A stretch of DNA of 64,000 nt from Balanoglossus misakiensis (taxonomy: Eukaryota > Animalia > Hemichordata), in assembly GCA_040954595.2 (NCBI GenBank), contig CM082578.2:15112998-15176997 (forward strand), read 5' to 3'. Position numbers and translations under genes: made by a program. Of the stretch, positions 12,384 through 26,800 are shown piece after piece; position 1 is the stretch's first letter, and every line of letters begins with the position of its first letter. The notes beneath the pieces are model-generated. The model was not told the DNA's origin, did no database searches, and saw only the letters and a program-made list of their open reading frames with translations.

Positions 12384-15300
12384 TCAATCATCCTTGTACC
12401 GATAAAGAATAGTCGGTATGGTGTTAGACACAGCATCGTACAGGTTGCCAAGGACAACGTGTTGGTTACCGCTGTCCGTGAAGGTTTGACAGAAAGTTGC
12501 ACCATGGGACGAAAGTTCATCGAACATTTTAAATGATTTCCCGTTGAATTTGTATATCACCGAGTTGACGTCATAGGACGTGCCGTTAAAGTGATTGGAT
12601 ACGAGCAAGTACTGCTCGCCATCCATTTGGAAAGGGCACGCCATCTCGGCACCGACGGTGGCGATTGTTCTCTTCGGATAAAACCGGCCTTCCCTCCAGA
12701 TGTACACCGGAGAACGCTGGACATACTGCATTCCGAACTTGTAGTGGTAGCGTTTATTGATGACGGAGAGCAAGTACATGTTACCGGCGAAGTGGAACGG
12801 CACCGATCCAGTCGACACGTGAGGTTTGCGAATAGGCAGCGTTTGGTGGTACACAAAAGAGGGCGTTTCAGTCTCGGTGGTGAACTTGTAAATCGTCGTC
12901 GGATTCGTCTTGTCGATGTCGGATTTAGTCAGCGCCAAGTACAAATCGACGCCGACGAAGAAACTGGACGACTGGACAGTGGCGGTTTCCCTGATGGTCT
13001 GCATCAGTTCAAATGTCACGCCACTCCACTTGTAGATCAAATGATGGGTGTCCGGCCACACGGCCATGGAGATGAAACTCATCTGTCCGTTCAATGTGCT
13101 GGTGGCAAAGCTGTGTAGGTGTACTACCAGTCCGTGTATAACAGTCTCCGTCCCGTATTCGACAAACTTGTGGCCGTTCCACCTGTATTTGAACAGCTTG
13201 GTCCCAAAATGGATTGACTGCTGCATGGCTATGACGTAGTGGCCGCCATCCATTTTGGCGTAGTCGCATTCCACCAGTTCCATCCCTTTCATGAGCATTT
13301 GAAACTGTACAAATTTGCCGTCCATTAGCTTTAATACGTTACACCTGTCGTCGAATTTTGGCATTGTCAGGTATGTTGTGCCGTCGATAGAAAACGCAAC
13401 AGCTTCCTCGCTTCCCATCAGCTGTTGTACAGGAGTGAAGTGTTGGCTGACACTGTCAACTAAGCCAGCACTTATAGTTGTAGCAGATGTTGTCGCTTCT
13501 ACCTGCACCTGGTGACGTGTGGTCAATCTGATACGTTTGGTTTGAGTTTCAGTTAATGTTCTCGTGTTGGGGTTAGTAGTAATTTCTGGTCGTTTACCGT
13601 GCGTTGTTGGGTTAAATACAGATAACAATGCATTTGTTGTCTGTGGTTGTTGAAGTGTATTCGGCATCTTAGTTTTTAAGGCGACATCTCTGGCATTTTC
13701 AGTTGATGATTGCACCGTCTCTGTGTGATAGGCATATGGCTCCGAGCTTGTCGGCCATTTGTCAATAGTCGTCACAAAATGGCCGACTGGTTCCGTCATC
13801 ACCGGAACACTTTCACTGGGGATCTGGACAATTGCATCGGAACCACTCGGTATTTTTCGGGTAGACGAAGGCCTTCGGCTTGCTTCAGAAACCGGGGATC
13901 GGCTTGGAGCGCTGTGTTCAGTAATGCGGACCACATCATCTTTTTGAAGCGAATGGTGGTCAACCGAGAATCTACTCTCGTTGATTGATAACGTGCTAGA
14001 AACTATCCCCGTCACTTCAGGGATAGGACTGTTTATCCGGGACCTTTCTGGAGTCGTTTCGTCAGCAATGCTTTCACTGGCAGTTGTCGCCTTTGGCAAT
14101 ATCTTACTGGTAGATGCAGGAGTAGGTGACGTCATCTTTGAGTGCCTTGGTGGATACGTAGAAAATTGTATTTCTTCCATGAAATCTGAACTAACCCTCG
14201 GTTGAAGGATACTACCAGCTACACTGTTGACGACACGGCTAGTTTTGCTTACTTGAAGTTCCTCGGTTGCTGAAGACACATTTTGTTGTTGTCTTGTCTC
14301 CTCAACGAAGTCGTCACCGACATCGTTGGTTGTGATGGATGACGTTCTGTCTGTCATTTCATCCGTTCTGTCTACAATTAACGGCGCAGGCGTGTTGGTT
14401 ATTGATGTATTCCTGATACTTTGGTTACCCGCAATGGGAGAGACGCTGTCTTTATCGTTGTCATTCTCGAGCGACAGCGATAACTCACTCGCGCTGTTAT
14501 TGTAGAACTTTTCAGTGGCGTCAACTGGCAACGGATAGTTTCCTATTCTGTCAGTAAATGCTCGATTCAGATAACTCAGTTTGTGGTCCGTTTTGCCAGT
14601 GTACCCGGTCACTCCCGTGGGTTGACTTGTTTTTGTTGTTTGGATTTGAAAACGTGGAGTCGGAATACCCGAGGTCGCGACGAGCGAAGTTTTGTTCAGA
14701 TCCGTGCTGATCTCTTCGTGCATTGCTTGTGACGTCACGTTACGTGTAAAACTTGACGTTTCTGGGCCAGGCTGTTCTAGCTTGTCATCTGTCGGACGGA
14801 TGACTTTCCCCTCAATTGTCGACATAACCGTGACGTCACTAACAGGGGACAGATGCATCGTGGCATTCACGCTTCTTTCCTCCCCTCGCCGATAACTGCT
14901 GACAGGAGCTGTGTTGACTATATTATCGTCGATTGGCATGCTGGTTTCTCTGCGGGGCATGTTGTCTTGATCATTAAACCCTGCCAAGTGAAATAGAACA
15001 CATATTTCAGCTCACCCGTCTTACCCCGTAATTCCATCCCTACGGTGTCGATGTAATTCAAATCGGTTCTTCTCTTTAAAGTTAATAGCCACACCCTATC
15101 ATTTGGCCTGCCGTGTTTATCTTTTTGCCAGATTAATTTCAGTGATTTATTATAAAATGTCAAGGAACAAATCTACTGTTTGCTAACATAATAATAGTTA
15201 AATAGCAAAGTTGTTAGATCACCGATTGCCCATATTAAAACAAGCAACTCCTGAAGTTACTGGTAGCGGAATATGTGTCTTTCAAGCGTATGTAGGTTGC

Positions 15301-15940
15301 AATTGGGTGACCTACAAAACAGGGCTGACACACTGACAGAAAACTCGGCAGCATTTATATACATAACCAACTGTTTAGTTGTCAAATCTTGTAAGAATTG
15401 CATGAGAAGGGTGCTTTTGCATCAGAAACTGACGACTATCTAGGCAAGGTTGACTAACCTTGTCAATCAATTCCGTATTCATGTGGGGTACGTGTATTTC
15501 AAAGTGTGCAAGTCAAAGTGGACTTGATCATCAATTGCATGACCCACTCGACAGGCCGACCCATGGAATGAAATCGCTGTGCCCATAGACACACACTCCT
15601 TGAAAAGTTAAAGTTGATGTCATGCCATACCTTGTGTTTGGGTTCCATGCATACACAACATCAACAGATCACGCAGCTGGAACACCGTGGTCTGAAGTAC
15701 GGCTATCATCTGTGTCTGTAGAACGTTTTCCGATTGCAACGCCATCACAGTCTCTCTGATCTCCGCGCCGTTGCCAGTCAGTTGATTCAGTCTCGCCTCG
15801 TAGGTCACCATCAAGTCTCTGCAACGGACGCGCTTCTGTTTCGGCGCACGTCCAGACTTGGCGATTTCATCGGCGCCGGCGAGGGCACACGCAATCCACA
15901 CGCTCAAACAGACAGAAAGCAACGTCTTACCACTTGCCAT
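12384..15940 (-). CDS. Secreted protein: signal peptide, short coiled coil, ~500-aa Ser/Thr-rich mucin-like stalk, C-terminal EAR/EPTP repeats (TSPEAR/LGI-type beta-propeller)
   Basis: Two exons, 15940-15631 and 14980-12384, joined by a phase-1 GT-AG intron; 968 aa. Repeats such as SPVYIWREGRFYPKRTIATVGA..PFQMDGEQYLLVSN and SVIYKFNGKSFKMFDELSSHGA..FTDSGNQHVVLGN match the EAR/EPTP pattern. Confidence 0.85.
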
Positions 15941-17774
15941 GATTCCCGATCAACTGGCGAACGGTAGCTTAATTGGCTGCTGGTAATCGTACCCACCCGA
16001 CGTAGAGCCAGGGTTTATGCATCCACCAACTGTCATAATATTAGCATGGAAATACCGTATACATTCATTTCTCTTCTCTCCCGTTAAAAAATACATGTTC
16101 ATGTGAGAACACGTTGTACAAAATTAAACACTAAGCTTACTGTTTCAAGCAGTCTAGAAAAAATATTGTTTTCGGCTTTGACTAATAAAACTCAGAAATT
16201 GAAGGACATACACATACCGTGATAATAAACGCTTTACGGTATGCTGTGGTTACATGTACTTGGTTTATCTCTTAGTCTGATGGAGAGCATATGTTGTCCT
16301 TACATGACCCTTACGTATATTCGTTATCATCGGCGAGTAGTACTTAACGTGCGTTTATTATCTTTTCCCGTTTATAGATTGGACCTATTTTAGAAGTGGG
16401 CCACTCTTTCAGACACCCTTGTCGGTTTATTTGCCTTCGATGTAAGATGTAATCCCGTAATGTGAAGTTGGTACTTGTATTATCTGTGTCTGCCAATTTT
16501 GCGATACAAATTATCTTCGAGTTTCCATAAGAGCTTTTATAGGCTGCTATAGTGGGATTAATTGCTACCAATTCCAGCCAGATCAACTCCTTCATAAACC
16601 ACTCATTGATTACGTAAATGCAAACCTTCAAACCAAATCCAATAGAATATATAAATAAGTCACTTAGCCTCGCCACATTTTGATATATGGCGATTCTCTA
16701 CCCTTTTACTTCAATTTTGAATTATAGTCATTCTTGTTCAATTGATCAATATATTTCTAGAAGATATAAATTGAGGTATTTTATAACCCATTTCAGTGTG
16801 ACCAACTACAATCCGTGTCTCGATTGAGTCCATTGTACCACAGCCTGAGGTATGCAGGTGTTCTCCGAAAAGTGATCAACCAATCGCGTAAGTCTTTTTA
16901 TATGAGGTTCACTCCACACAGGTACAACAGGTGTTTCTGGTAAGTCGGAAGAGCGGCTAGGCGTCATTGGTCAGCAAAATAGCACGTGTTTCTCCACGTC
17001 GAAAGGTAGGATACAGAGAGGACGTTTTTCATTTGTAGTCGCAGAATTTTGGCTAGTTTCTATATTTTCAAACCCCCTTGAAGATTTTTCAACAGAGCCG
17101 TGCATTCAAAATTATGTGGTGAGAGAACTCTGTCTTTATTTTAAGAAAATTACGACATGCTCTCTCAAATTATGGAGACTGTTCTCGTTGTAGTGACTCG
17201 CCATTTCTCTTCTGCCGCAGGACCGACGTCGGGGCAACGATTTTCCTGCTAGTGTGTTCGCCCCAGTGAGGATATCGCTTTCTGCCCGAGAACCTGTGCC
17301 ATCTCCTTCGTCGTTGGCTCTCCTCGCTGCGGCTGGTGTTATGAGGTAGGCATTTCTCCTCTTGTTGTTGGCGCTTTTAGAAAATCTCTTTTCAAAATGG
17401 TGGTTATCGCCGAGTGGACACGAAGCAGACATTGGCAGAGTGGCTGTGCGTTCTCACTCGGTCTACATTGAAGTGACTTCAGACATAACGAAGGTCGGAA
17501 AATATAGGTGTATGTACCTATAAGCGACACACGCCCAGGATTGCTTTCCTCAAATACTTTATTTTTGTCTGCCTGTATTTTCAAAGGAGTCCTTCTGATT
17601 ATAAAGAAGTATCGATGCCACCGAATCCTTACTGACATTTTGAATTAATGGTCTCGTCGGTTTGGCATTGAATTCAACAGGATATGCACATAAACTGACT
17701 TTTATGTTTTCATGCAACTTGAACGTGGCATAATATTCGATTCCAGGAGATGAAATGGTCTGTTCTGTACCAGC

Positions 17775-20700
17775 ATGCCACTGAAAGTAGATGAGGAGGT
17801 CGCATCCGGGGCAGCGGCGAGGAGTCAACATGGTCAACGACTGAATGATGGAGATGACATAGAAAACAAGGGCAACACGTCATCTCCACGTGAGATTGCC
17901 AGACTACCATGGAAGAAGGTAAGAGTTTTCCATAAACATCTTAATTGAAGGAATTGAGGATAAACGAAACGGTATTCTACATGCAAGATTACTTACATTA
18001 CAATCAAGAATATGATATGCATCATATGCTCTCAGCAAATGACTTGTGTCTATAGGACAATCGAAAGTCACAAAGGCAGATGCCATCTTCAATTTTAATT
18101 ACTGTAGCGATTTTGTCCACAGGTTACGGCCATCTGTTTAATCCAGTATACCAATTCTTTCAGTTTGACTGTTGTGTACCCGTTTCTACCCTTCATGGTT
18201 CATGATTTCTTTCCCTATCTGCAATCATCAGAGTTGGGTGAGTACACTTTTCTCTGACAAGCCATCTGTCTGACCGACACAAAGCATATGTAATTATAAT
18301 AACAAACTTCATAACATCCTAATTCATATGTTTGTTTTCTTAGTATTGTATTTCATGTACGTTGAATAATTGAATGACATTTCACAGATAAAATTGTTCA
18401 GGATAGACTGCGCACTATAAACATACCCTGGTTCGGCCAATAGGGTGTCAAGGTTCAACACGCCACCACCCTATACCATTTTGACAGTCTGAAATGCAGT
18501 TTCTGTATCTATTCTTTGTTGCGTTTAATAATTGCCCTACTCTTTTCACTTCCAGGTTTTTATGCGGGATTTCTCGGGGGTGCGTTTTCTGCTGGGAGTA
18601 TATTTGGTAATATTATTGTAAGTTGCCTTTTAACATTAAATATCATGTAAAACACGATGCATTTGAATATATATGGAGTAATTCCCTCGACACGGCGTTG
18701 TGAAACACTTCGTTTATATAAAATACGCTAACTTCTGTTTCAAACCCGTGTTTAATATTTCAGTGGGGAAGATTTTCTGACCGTCATGGTCGTAGACCCG
18801 CTTTACTGCTGGGTATATTGGGAACGGTGGTGTTTATTATGCTTTTTGGTTTTAGGTGAGTAATTATTTGTGTATTGATTTATTAAAAGCCTGTCAGTCT
18901 GTCTGTCAAAAACCCACCTCTGGTTTTTGTGTCCACCCCACCCCCATTTAAAATTATTACATGATTTGTAACCATGTGCAAGTCTAATCAATGGTAGTTT
19001 CCACATATCTCTAAAGTTAACAAGTGGTATTGCCTACTCTTTTGCAGCATCTCTTTCATCTGGGCTGTATCATTTCGTTTTCTGTGGGGATTGTTCAATG
19101 GCAACACAGCAGTGGCGAAAACCTACCTGAGTGAAATCTGTGATGATACTAATGTGGCCAAAGGGTTCTCACTACTTGGCACCGCTGGAGCAGTTGCCAG
19201 ACTCACAGTATGTCTTATTAATAGAGTTGTACGTCTTTGGTCTTTTGTGTTGGGATCATTATTTCTCAATGAAAAACTGTGAACTTCAGAAAGACTGTTA
19301 GCCAGTTTCAAGTTCAGTCTTATTCGATACATGAATCATAGAATCTCAGATAACTACCACAAGTTGTAACTGTCGAATGAATACGCTGGACACATTAATG
19401 CATATGTCATATGTGTGCACACACGTTGAACACCTCATCTTACTGTTAATTTCTGTCTATCAAAGGCGCCAGCTGTATCTGGTTTCTTGAGTTGTGCCGC
19501 TGTCAAGTATCACGGACTGAATGTGCCTGTGTTGAAAAATTTCCCTTACCTGCTTCCGTGTCTGATCAGTGCTGGACTTTGCGTTTTGACTTGGCTAGGT
19601 AGGTAAATATTGTACAGTATTTTGTCTAACAGAAGGTGACGTCATACCTTCCATTATCCTTCAGTATGCACTACCCAAGATACACTCGTATTTTGTAGTT
19701 GGAACAATTATTCTCTAAACATTTCACGAGGGAGATAAAGAACCGCCATACTCATCCCTTTTCAGCTGCCTTCGTTTACCTCAAAGAGACTCTTCGAAAG
19801 GGTCAAAGGTCAGCCGGGGCTGGAGATTCTGCTGATGACGTAGATTGGGACAGCAGATCGTCTACTTCAAAACCACTTGCAGGGGACGGCGACTTACCCA
19901 AGGATGGTCCTTTGAAATCACGTGATAGAGAAAGATCGCCCTACGTTGTGAATAGGAGAGTACAGATTGTGTTTTGTTGGTTGTGTTCGTGTTGTTGTCA
20001 ACATCGCTATGAGCGGCTGAATGTGGATCAAAAAGGTGAAACTGAAAGCTGTTAATACTGTAATATAACTTGTATTTGTTTTAACATCCTTTAAATAGGT
20101 TGCTTGTCGATTGAAAAAATGTTAAAATCCCTTGCTACGGTTGCGAAAAGCAACGACTCTTTAAAAACTTTCTTTTGACACCAATAATGCTATATTATGT
20201 CTGTGGCATTTCAGATTCCTGTTGCAGAAAGTGCAGGTGTGGAATTACCAACGTGTGTTCACCTCTGAAAGACAGAAGAGTTTTTCTTGCTGTATCAATT
20301 CAATGTTTATTATCATTTTGCGGTTCAATACAGGCAGAGGTAAGCAATATTTAGTTTTTAGGAGTTTATTAGGGTAAGGATAATAATGGTAATATTATTG
20401 GCCATTCATAATCGGTATATGAGAAGAGTGACTGGCTTGTATGTCTAACTGGTGTTCACTACTTCACTGAATGGCATGAAGAAAGGTACTTATGTATCAA
20501 CAATTTCCCAAAAATTGAGATCAACTAAACATTTTATCATTTCATTTCAGATATTGCCACTATTGTTGGTGACAAACTATCAACATGGCGGCTATGACTT
20601 TGACACAACTGAAATCTCCTTGTTGTACAGCATGATGGCCATACCAGAGACTGTATACCAGGTAGGAGTCCGACAACGTCACACAGTTCACCAACATAGA

Positions 20701-22412
20701 TCTTGATAACTTTGAAGTTATGGCAAAGCGGTTTCAAAACGGTTTATACAACACAATAATATCCTCGAACCACTTTACCACATTTGTCTCCATGTGTCTT
20801 TCGTCTGTTCCCCTTTCCAGATTGTGATCTACCCAAAAACAGTGAGGATACTGGGTCTTAAGAGAGTTTTGCAGATTGGATTTTTGGTTGGTGCATGCTT
20901 TTTCGCTTTAATCCCATCCATCAACCGGATGACCGGCCCTATCATCAAAAACTGTAGTAACACTCACGATGTGAACACGTTACGTCCCGCAAGAAGCGTT
21001 GTTATGGCAATCGATCCTCATCCTCTGATAGTTCCAGTCAATGAAAGTCGACCATCGAGCAGTGAGCTCGCAAAGCTTTACTTTCAGAGCTCCAATGAGG
21101 ATGATTCCGACAGTTCACGTGACCCTGGAGAAGCTGACGGGATGCTGACTGGTAACAGAATAAAGATCGAACTGTTCAACGAGTCCCTCAACCCAGATAA
21201 TGAGTCCCAGCCCAAAGACGGACTGAAATTGTTAGATGAATACACCACCACGCAGGCGACAGCACCCGCTCGAAGTCAGAGCGACCCACCCACAGCCGAA
21301 CCATGGACTAACATCACCACTAACCTGATTAAACAGTGCAAGATATTATCTGACATTAACGACGATGGACCTGTGCCGTTGCAAAACGTACCTATGAAAG
21401 TGTGGGTCGTTCTCTTCGTGATCGTCTCGGGGAGTACACTTGCCAGGTAAGCGCTTTTATACGTTACTTTGACATGATATGGTATGATGGGTTCCGAGTT
21501 CGTATCCCTTGAAATACTAGTGCATTGTTAGAAAGAAGGTGTAAAAATATTCTCTGGCTTGAAGTGCACAGTGTTACACAGTCATTTTATCTGTCGTTCA
21601 CACACTCCAAATAAACATCTTTTCTTCATTAAGATTTTTCACTAAGTTCCCAATCCTCTCCCTTGTATATATTTAGGATGACGACAGAAATATCTTCAAC
21701 GATCATAACCGGTAACTCTTGTTTGGTAAGTTCAAACCTATATTTATTTTTGTTATTAAAATGTTCAGTTTGCTTCAAAGAACCTCGCATTAACTATGAT
21801 TATTCTGTAGGCCAATTAATCGCTACAAATAAATCGTTTTCGGTGAAATTATATTAAAAAAATAACTCAAAGTTTCTCTTTTATGGTTAACAGTCAAAAG
21901 ACAAGGGAACAGTTTATGGTATTGCACAGTCGATGACTTCTGCTCTCAGATCTGTTGGTCCGGCAGCTGGCGGCAGTTTCTTCGCTTGGACTGAAGAAAA
22001 AGGTAGGGTCAGTTTGTCAGATCGCCAATCCGTCTCTGTCTGTCTGTCTGTCTTTCCATATGCCTGTCTATCGGCCCGATTCCCTGCTTTACCTTTGGGT
22101 GTCACAGTGGCTCAAATTAGCGTCAACAATTATAGTACATTTACACTGTAGCGTCGGTATTGTTAGCTTTCTGGCGAGGTTTTCTGCTAAACTGCACGGG
22201 TACCCAAACTGGACTGCTGTTAAAACAGTTGTTTTGCTTTGCTTTGAATTTTAGGGTTGCCATGGCCATTGAGTTATCATTTGACTTTCTACTTGGTCTT
22301 CGTTATCTTGAATGTGATTAGTGGAGTCTGTTTCTTCCTGCCAAATTCCATCAATAAGAAGAGAGTCGAAGAAGACGAAAATCAAAATCTTAATCGTCCA
22401 GCTACTGCCTAA
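17775..22412 (+). CDS. MFS transporter, ZIFL/YCR023C-like, tandem copy 1 (~14 coding exons)
   Basis: MPLKVD...LPWKK start; MFS motif A WGRFSDRHGRRP; FRFLWGLFNGNTAVAKTYLSEICDD; FPYLLPC; KGTVYGIAQSMTSALRSVGPAAGGSFFAW; stop TAA at 22410-22412. GT-AG exons keep frame. Confidence 0.88.
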
Positions 22413-23822
22413 AAATAACCAATTAATTACGTCACTTGTTGGGTCAAATAAATCGATGTACTGCAAACCTACAAATGTCTGATTGTCGACATAATTTCCC
22501 CTTGACATTGAAATGTTTTGGAAAATAGACAAACTAAAACGCGTAATTCCTGATTGACGAAAAATCCTGGTTAATTCAATTCAGCTCATTAATTTAAAAC
22601 CACAGTTGGGATAGGGACAGATATTTCCTGATCTGACTCGTTTGTGTAGAGTAGAGTCCTAAGCAGCTAAAGCGCCCCCAACACTGGCATCTAACTAGTG
22701 ATGAAGTATCGGGCACGGAGCTGCAGCAGGTGCAACGTGTATATCGTACAATATGGCACATCATATAATATCCCTTATAGTTCCCCTTCTTCGATAAAAT
22801 TGAAGGTTAGTATTGTTTTGTAGTTGGAAGTTGAGTGACTGGGCCATGCCGTGAGGAGACGACTTCCAAACGCTCCTTTTCTCTTTCACTAGATCGAACC
22901 ATGATGGGTTTGGCAGAGGAGCGCCCAGCTCGACAATTCAGTCACTGTAGTCTGTAGGGTAGACATTTATGTGGTATTTTAATTGTGTGACAGAACGGTA
23001 AAAATTCCATGACGTGCATATTGTCATCTCGCGTCCATGAGCATGGTCAGACAGACATCACCGTCGAAAACTGCTCCAAATAAAGCTAATAGCTGTGCCT
23101 AACGGTACACGACTGCATGATGACGAAACATGATAAATAATAATCATGCGAGTTGCAACAGCTGTGTGCCCACTAACGGATTGTAGACTAAAAACGTATG
23201 TCGCTATTTTAATCTTGTACAAATTATTGACAGTAGAAGCGTCTACTGTTCAGTCTGCAATAATAGCAAGGAAAGGAATAATGCCTGAAAGAACAATAAT
23301 TAAAGATTAGCATTGCTTGGCAACAGTTGCTATGGGGAACATGCTGACCTGAAGGACAAAAATATATTGATATTTAAAAGTATGCGTGCATGTAGGTCTT
23401 TTGTAACACCAGATGGCCAGATGGGGGTGAGTATGAAATTATCATTTTATGGGAAGTGCAGTTGCACAATTTTTGTTCCTTTGCTATTATGGTACTGATG
23501 AGTGGAGGCATGGATATGTCCATCCTGCCTATTTCAGGCAGTCCTGTGTCTTTTACGACTGTTATTGTGTTTGCAATTTTTGTATGCCAAACAAGCTGAA
23601 CTTTGCCAGCATTCTGTTGATCACTGAAACAGAAAATAGCTTTTGCTCTTTAAAAAAAGACAATTTTCATTCTCTAATTTTGTATACTAGTATTCTTTGT
23701 AGATGTTATTAATGTTGTGTTTGTAAATGTATCATCGAGCAGGGTGATGGCTGGCACCGTTGATCAGACCACTCTAATATTGTCACACACATAGGCTTGG
23801 AATTGATATCTTCAGTGGGAAT

Positions 23823-26800
23823 ATGCCAGTGAATGGACAAACAGATAACTCGCCGATTGGAGTCGGAAGAACCGAAGGTAACATCAATGATGCAAATGAA
23901 AATGAATTGTTTTTAAATGATGACAACCCCACACCTGCTCAGCATGAAATGACACAGTTGCCATGGAAGAAAGTAAGTATAGACCATTTACATGACCCTT
24001 ACATGACCTTACATCATGACATTTTGTTGGTATGTTTAATCCACTATTTTGATTCAAAGCTTGGTAAATGCATAACCATAACACTTAGTTCTGTATTGAA
24101 TTGTCGTTTCGTCTTATTTTCATTTATGATTTTTGATTTCATATGGAATTTGTCATAAGTATTAATATTTCATTCAAATTTAAAAAAAAGATGCATATTA
24201 AATATAATGTTGATTTCTTGGATGAAATGCAAAATTGCTTCAATTTTTGGTTGTTCAATACAGAGACATATTAGAGTAATGTGTGTTCCAGGTACTACTT
24301 TGTTTTAATTCTTGAATTTCTTTCCACAGGTTGCTATCATCTGTTTAATCCAGTACACCAATGCATTCTGTCTGAATGTTGTCTTCCCATTTGTACCATT
24401 CATGACCCATGATTTCTTTCCATCTCTGAGAGCCTCACAATTAGGTGAGTATGTAATTGCCACTCTCTCAAACTTGACACTGTATTGATTTCATACTTTA
24501 TTAGTATATTAAACCATTTCTTATCAAATGGGAGTACAATGCTCTTGACGCTATTTTTTCTTAGGTTTCTATGCAGGGTTTCTTGGTGGTGCATTTGCTG
24601 CAGGGAGTGCATGTGGCAATATCATGGTAAGTATATTGTTTAATAGTGTGCAGTCCATCAAATGGAGGTCTAATGGAATAAAAATGTGTGTCCATGTGAA
24701 ACATAATATGATTAAAATTTCATATTTTTTTATTTTCTCATGAAATCTAGTGGGGTGCACTGTCTGACCGTTATGGTCGCAGACCTGTTTTTCTACTCGG
24801 GATTCTAGGATCAGTGGTGTTTATAATGTTCTTTGGTTTCAGGTAAGTGGTTGACCCTGTGATAGTAAATATCATCATAGTACTTACCAGGTATATATTT
24901 TCGTAATAAGTCGAATGTTGACAAAGTAAAATTACCAGGAATCAATACAAAATGAAAGTGAATTTATGCAGATTCCCCGCTATGAATATATCACCATAAT
25001 TAAAATTTCAAGGATAATTCTATCAATGTCATACTTGTGAGAAAATTTGTCATTTTATTTCTCCTTACAGCATCTCTTTCATTTGGGCCGTATCATTTCG
25101 CTTTCTCTGGGGTCTTGTCAATGGCAACATAGCTGTGGCCAAAACCTACCTGAGTGAAATCTGTGATGACAGTAACATGGCCAGAGGATTTTCACTTCTA
25201 GGGACAGCTGGAGCCATTGCCAGATTCACAGTAGGTTTCATTCACTACATGTTGTTTGGAACTTCTTGCCTCATTTTTTTGCTTTCAGGTAATGATTTAC
25301 TTTTAAATGTTTCAAACAATCACTTTCATTTCAGTAAAACTATTATTTTTTTCAGAATAGTATGTCAGAAAGCACATATTTTTGTTTGAAATACCTATAA
25401 TTGTCTTGTCAAGTGAATAATTTAAATACAAGTGAAAGTTTCTGAACTGACATTTAAATCAAATATGCTCTTGTTTTCTATCAAAGGCCCCAGCTGTATC
25501 TGGTTTCTTGAGTTGTGCCGCAGTCAAGTACCAGGCACTGAATGTGCCTGTGTTGAAAAATTTCCCTTATCTGCTTCCATGTCTGGTCAGTGCTGGACTT
25601 TGCATTTTGACTTGGCTAGGTAAGTGGAATAACTCTTTGGCTAGAATATATCAGCATGATTCTTCCCTGTTGGATGAAAATATTCTGCATGTTTTTATTC
25701 ACGATGAATTTAATGTTAAAGGGCTGATGCAAAGAATATTTTGTTCATTCAATAAGCCTATTCCACTTCATAAAGTTTAAACACAGGAAGGAAAGTCTCC
25801 AATTATTATTCTTGCCTCTTTGGTAAAGGCTTCCATTCCTTTGCCATTTGGGTTACATTGCCCTCCTGTAGGTTACGAAGCATTTTTATGTGTGGAGAAT
25901 GGCAAGGCTTAATTCTGACTGATCGTGATTCAATTTGGAGTTGTCCTCACTGTCTGTGTATTTGAGCAGCCTTTTGACAAGTCAACATATATTTATATGC
26001 AGTTTTCTAAGTCTTCCATGACTTGGCCTGTTGTCATAATAGTAGAATATAGTGTAAAATTCCTAATTAGTGGTGAAATCTTAAGCCTGCTAACCTCCTC
26101 TTATTGAAGATAGAACCATAACCAGCCTTCTTTTGATTGCTATGAAAAATGTCGATGCTGACACTTAATAGTAATCCACTTTTCACAGGTACTTTCTTCT
26201 ACCTCAAAGAAACTCTTCAAAGGGTTCCAAGAGATGCCTCATCTATCAGAGATGCAGTATCCACTAATGATGTGGATCAGGATGATAGACAGCTCCTTGG
26301 CAACTCAGAAACACATTCCGAGACAGATTTACCAGAAAGTTTAAGTGATGGAACGGGATTGCTTCCTAACATTCATTCCATCAACCAAACTGAAGATGAT
26401 GTTGTCAAGATAAGAAAGGGCTTGTTCTATTCGTGTTGTCCGTGCAGCCAGCGAAATCATTATGAAAGACTGGCAGAGGAACAGAAAGGTAGGAACAAAG
26501 AATTGACTTGTCCTGTAGTGATAATGATGTGAGCTTGTTGCAAGGCAAAGGCATTGCTACAAGTATTCTTGTATTGGTTTGCCTGTGTTCATTAGAAGCT
26601 TTTTTTCCATGACATTCTGCAATATTATACAGTTCCCTTCTTAGCAAACGTTGCCTTTTTGTTTAGTCATGTTATTACCTACATGTACTTAGCAGTTGAT
26701 TTCTTCCAACCTGTTCCATATGGCAACATAAGTAATGTTTTGGGTATAATTCTTCAAATTATGATGTCAAGTCTGCAATATTGTTTTTGGTCTGTTGTTT

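Noticed and set aside
12557-14895. Numerous antisense and alternate-frame ORFs within the EAR-protein exon
   Set aside because: Shadows of the GC-richer coding exon.
17221-17345. CpG-rich segment bounded by good acceptor and donor sites upstream of MFS copy 1
   Set aside because: Plausibly a 5' UTR exon; no ATG-linked coding evidence and no counterpart in copy 2, so not called as CDS.
23495-23545. CTGATGA hammerhead-like cores here and near 6247, 51964 and 56721
   Set aside because: None has a proper stem II followed by GAAA together with a matching stem III/NUH site.
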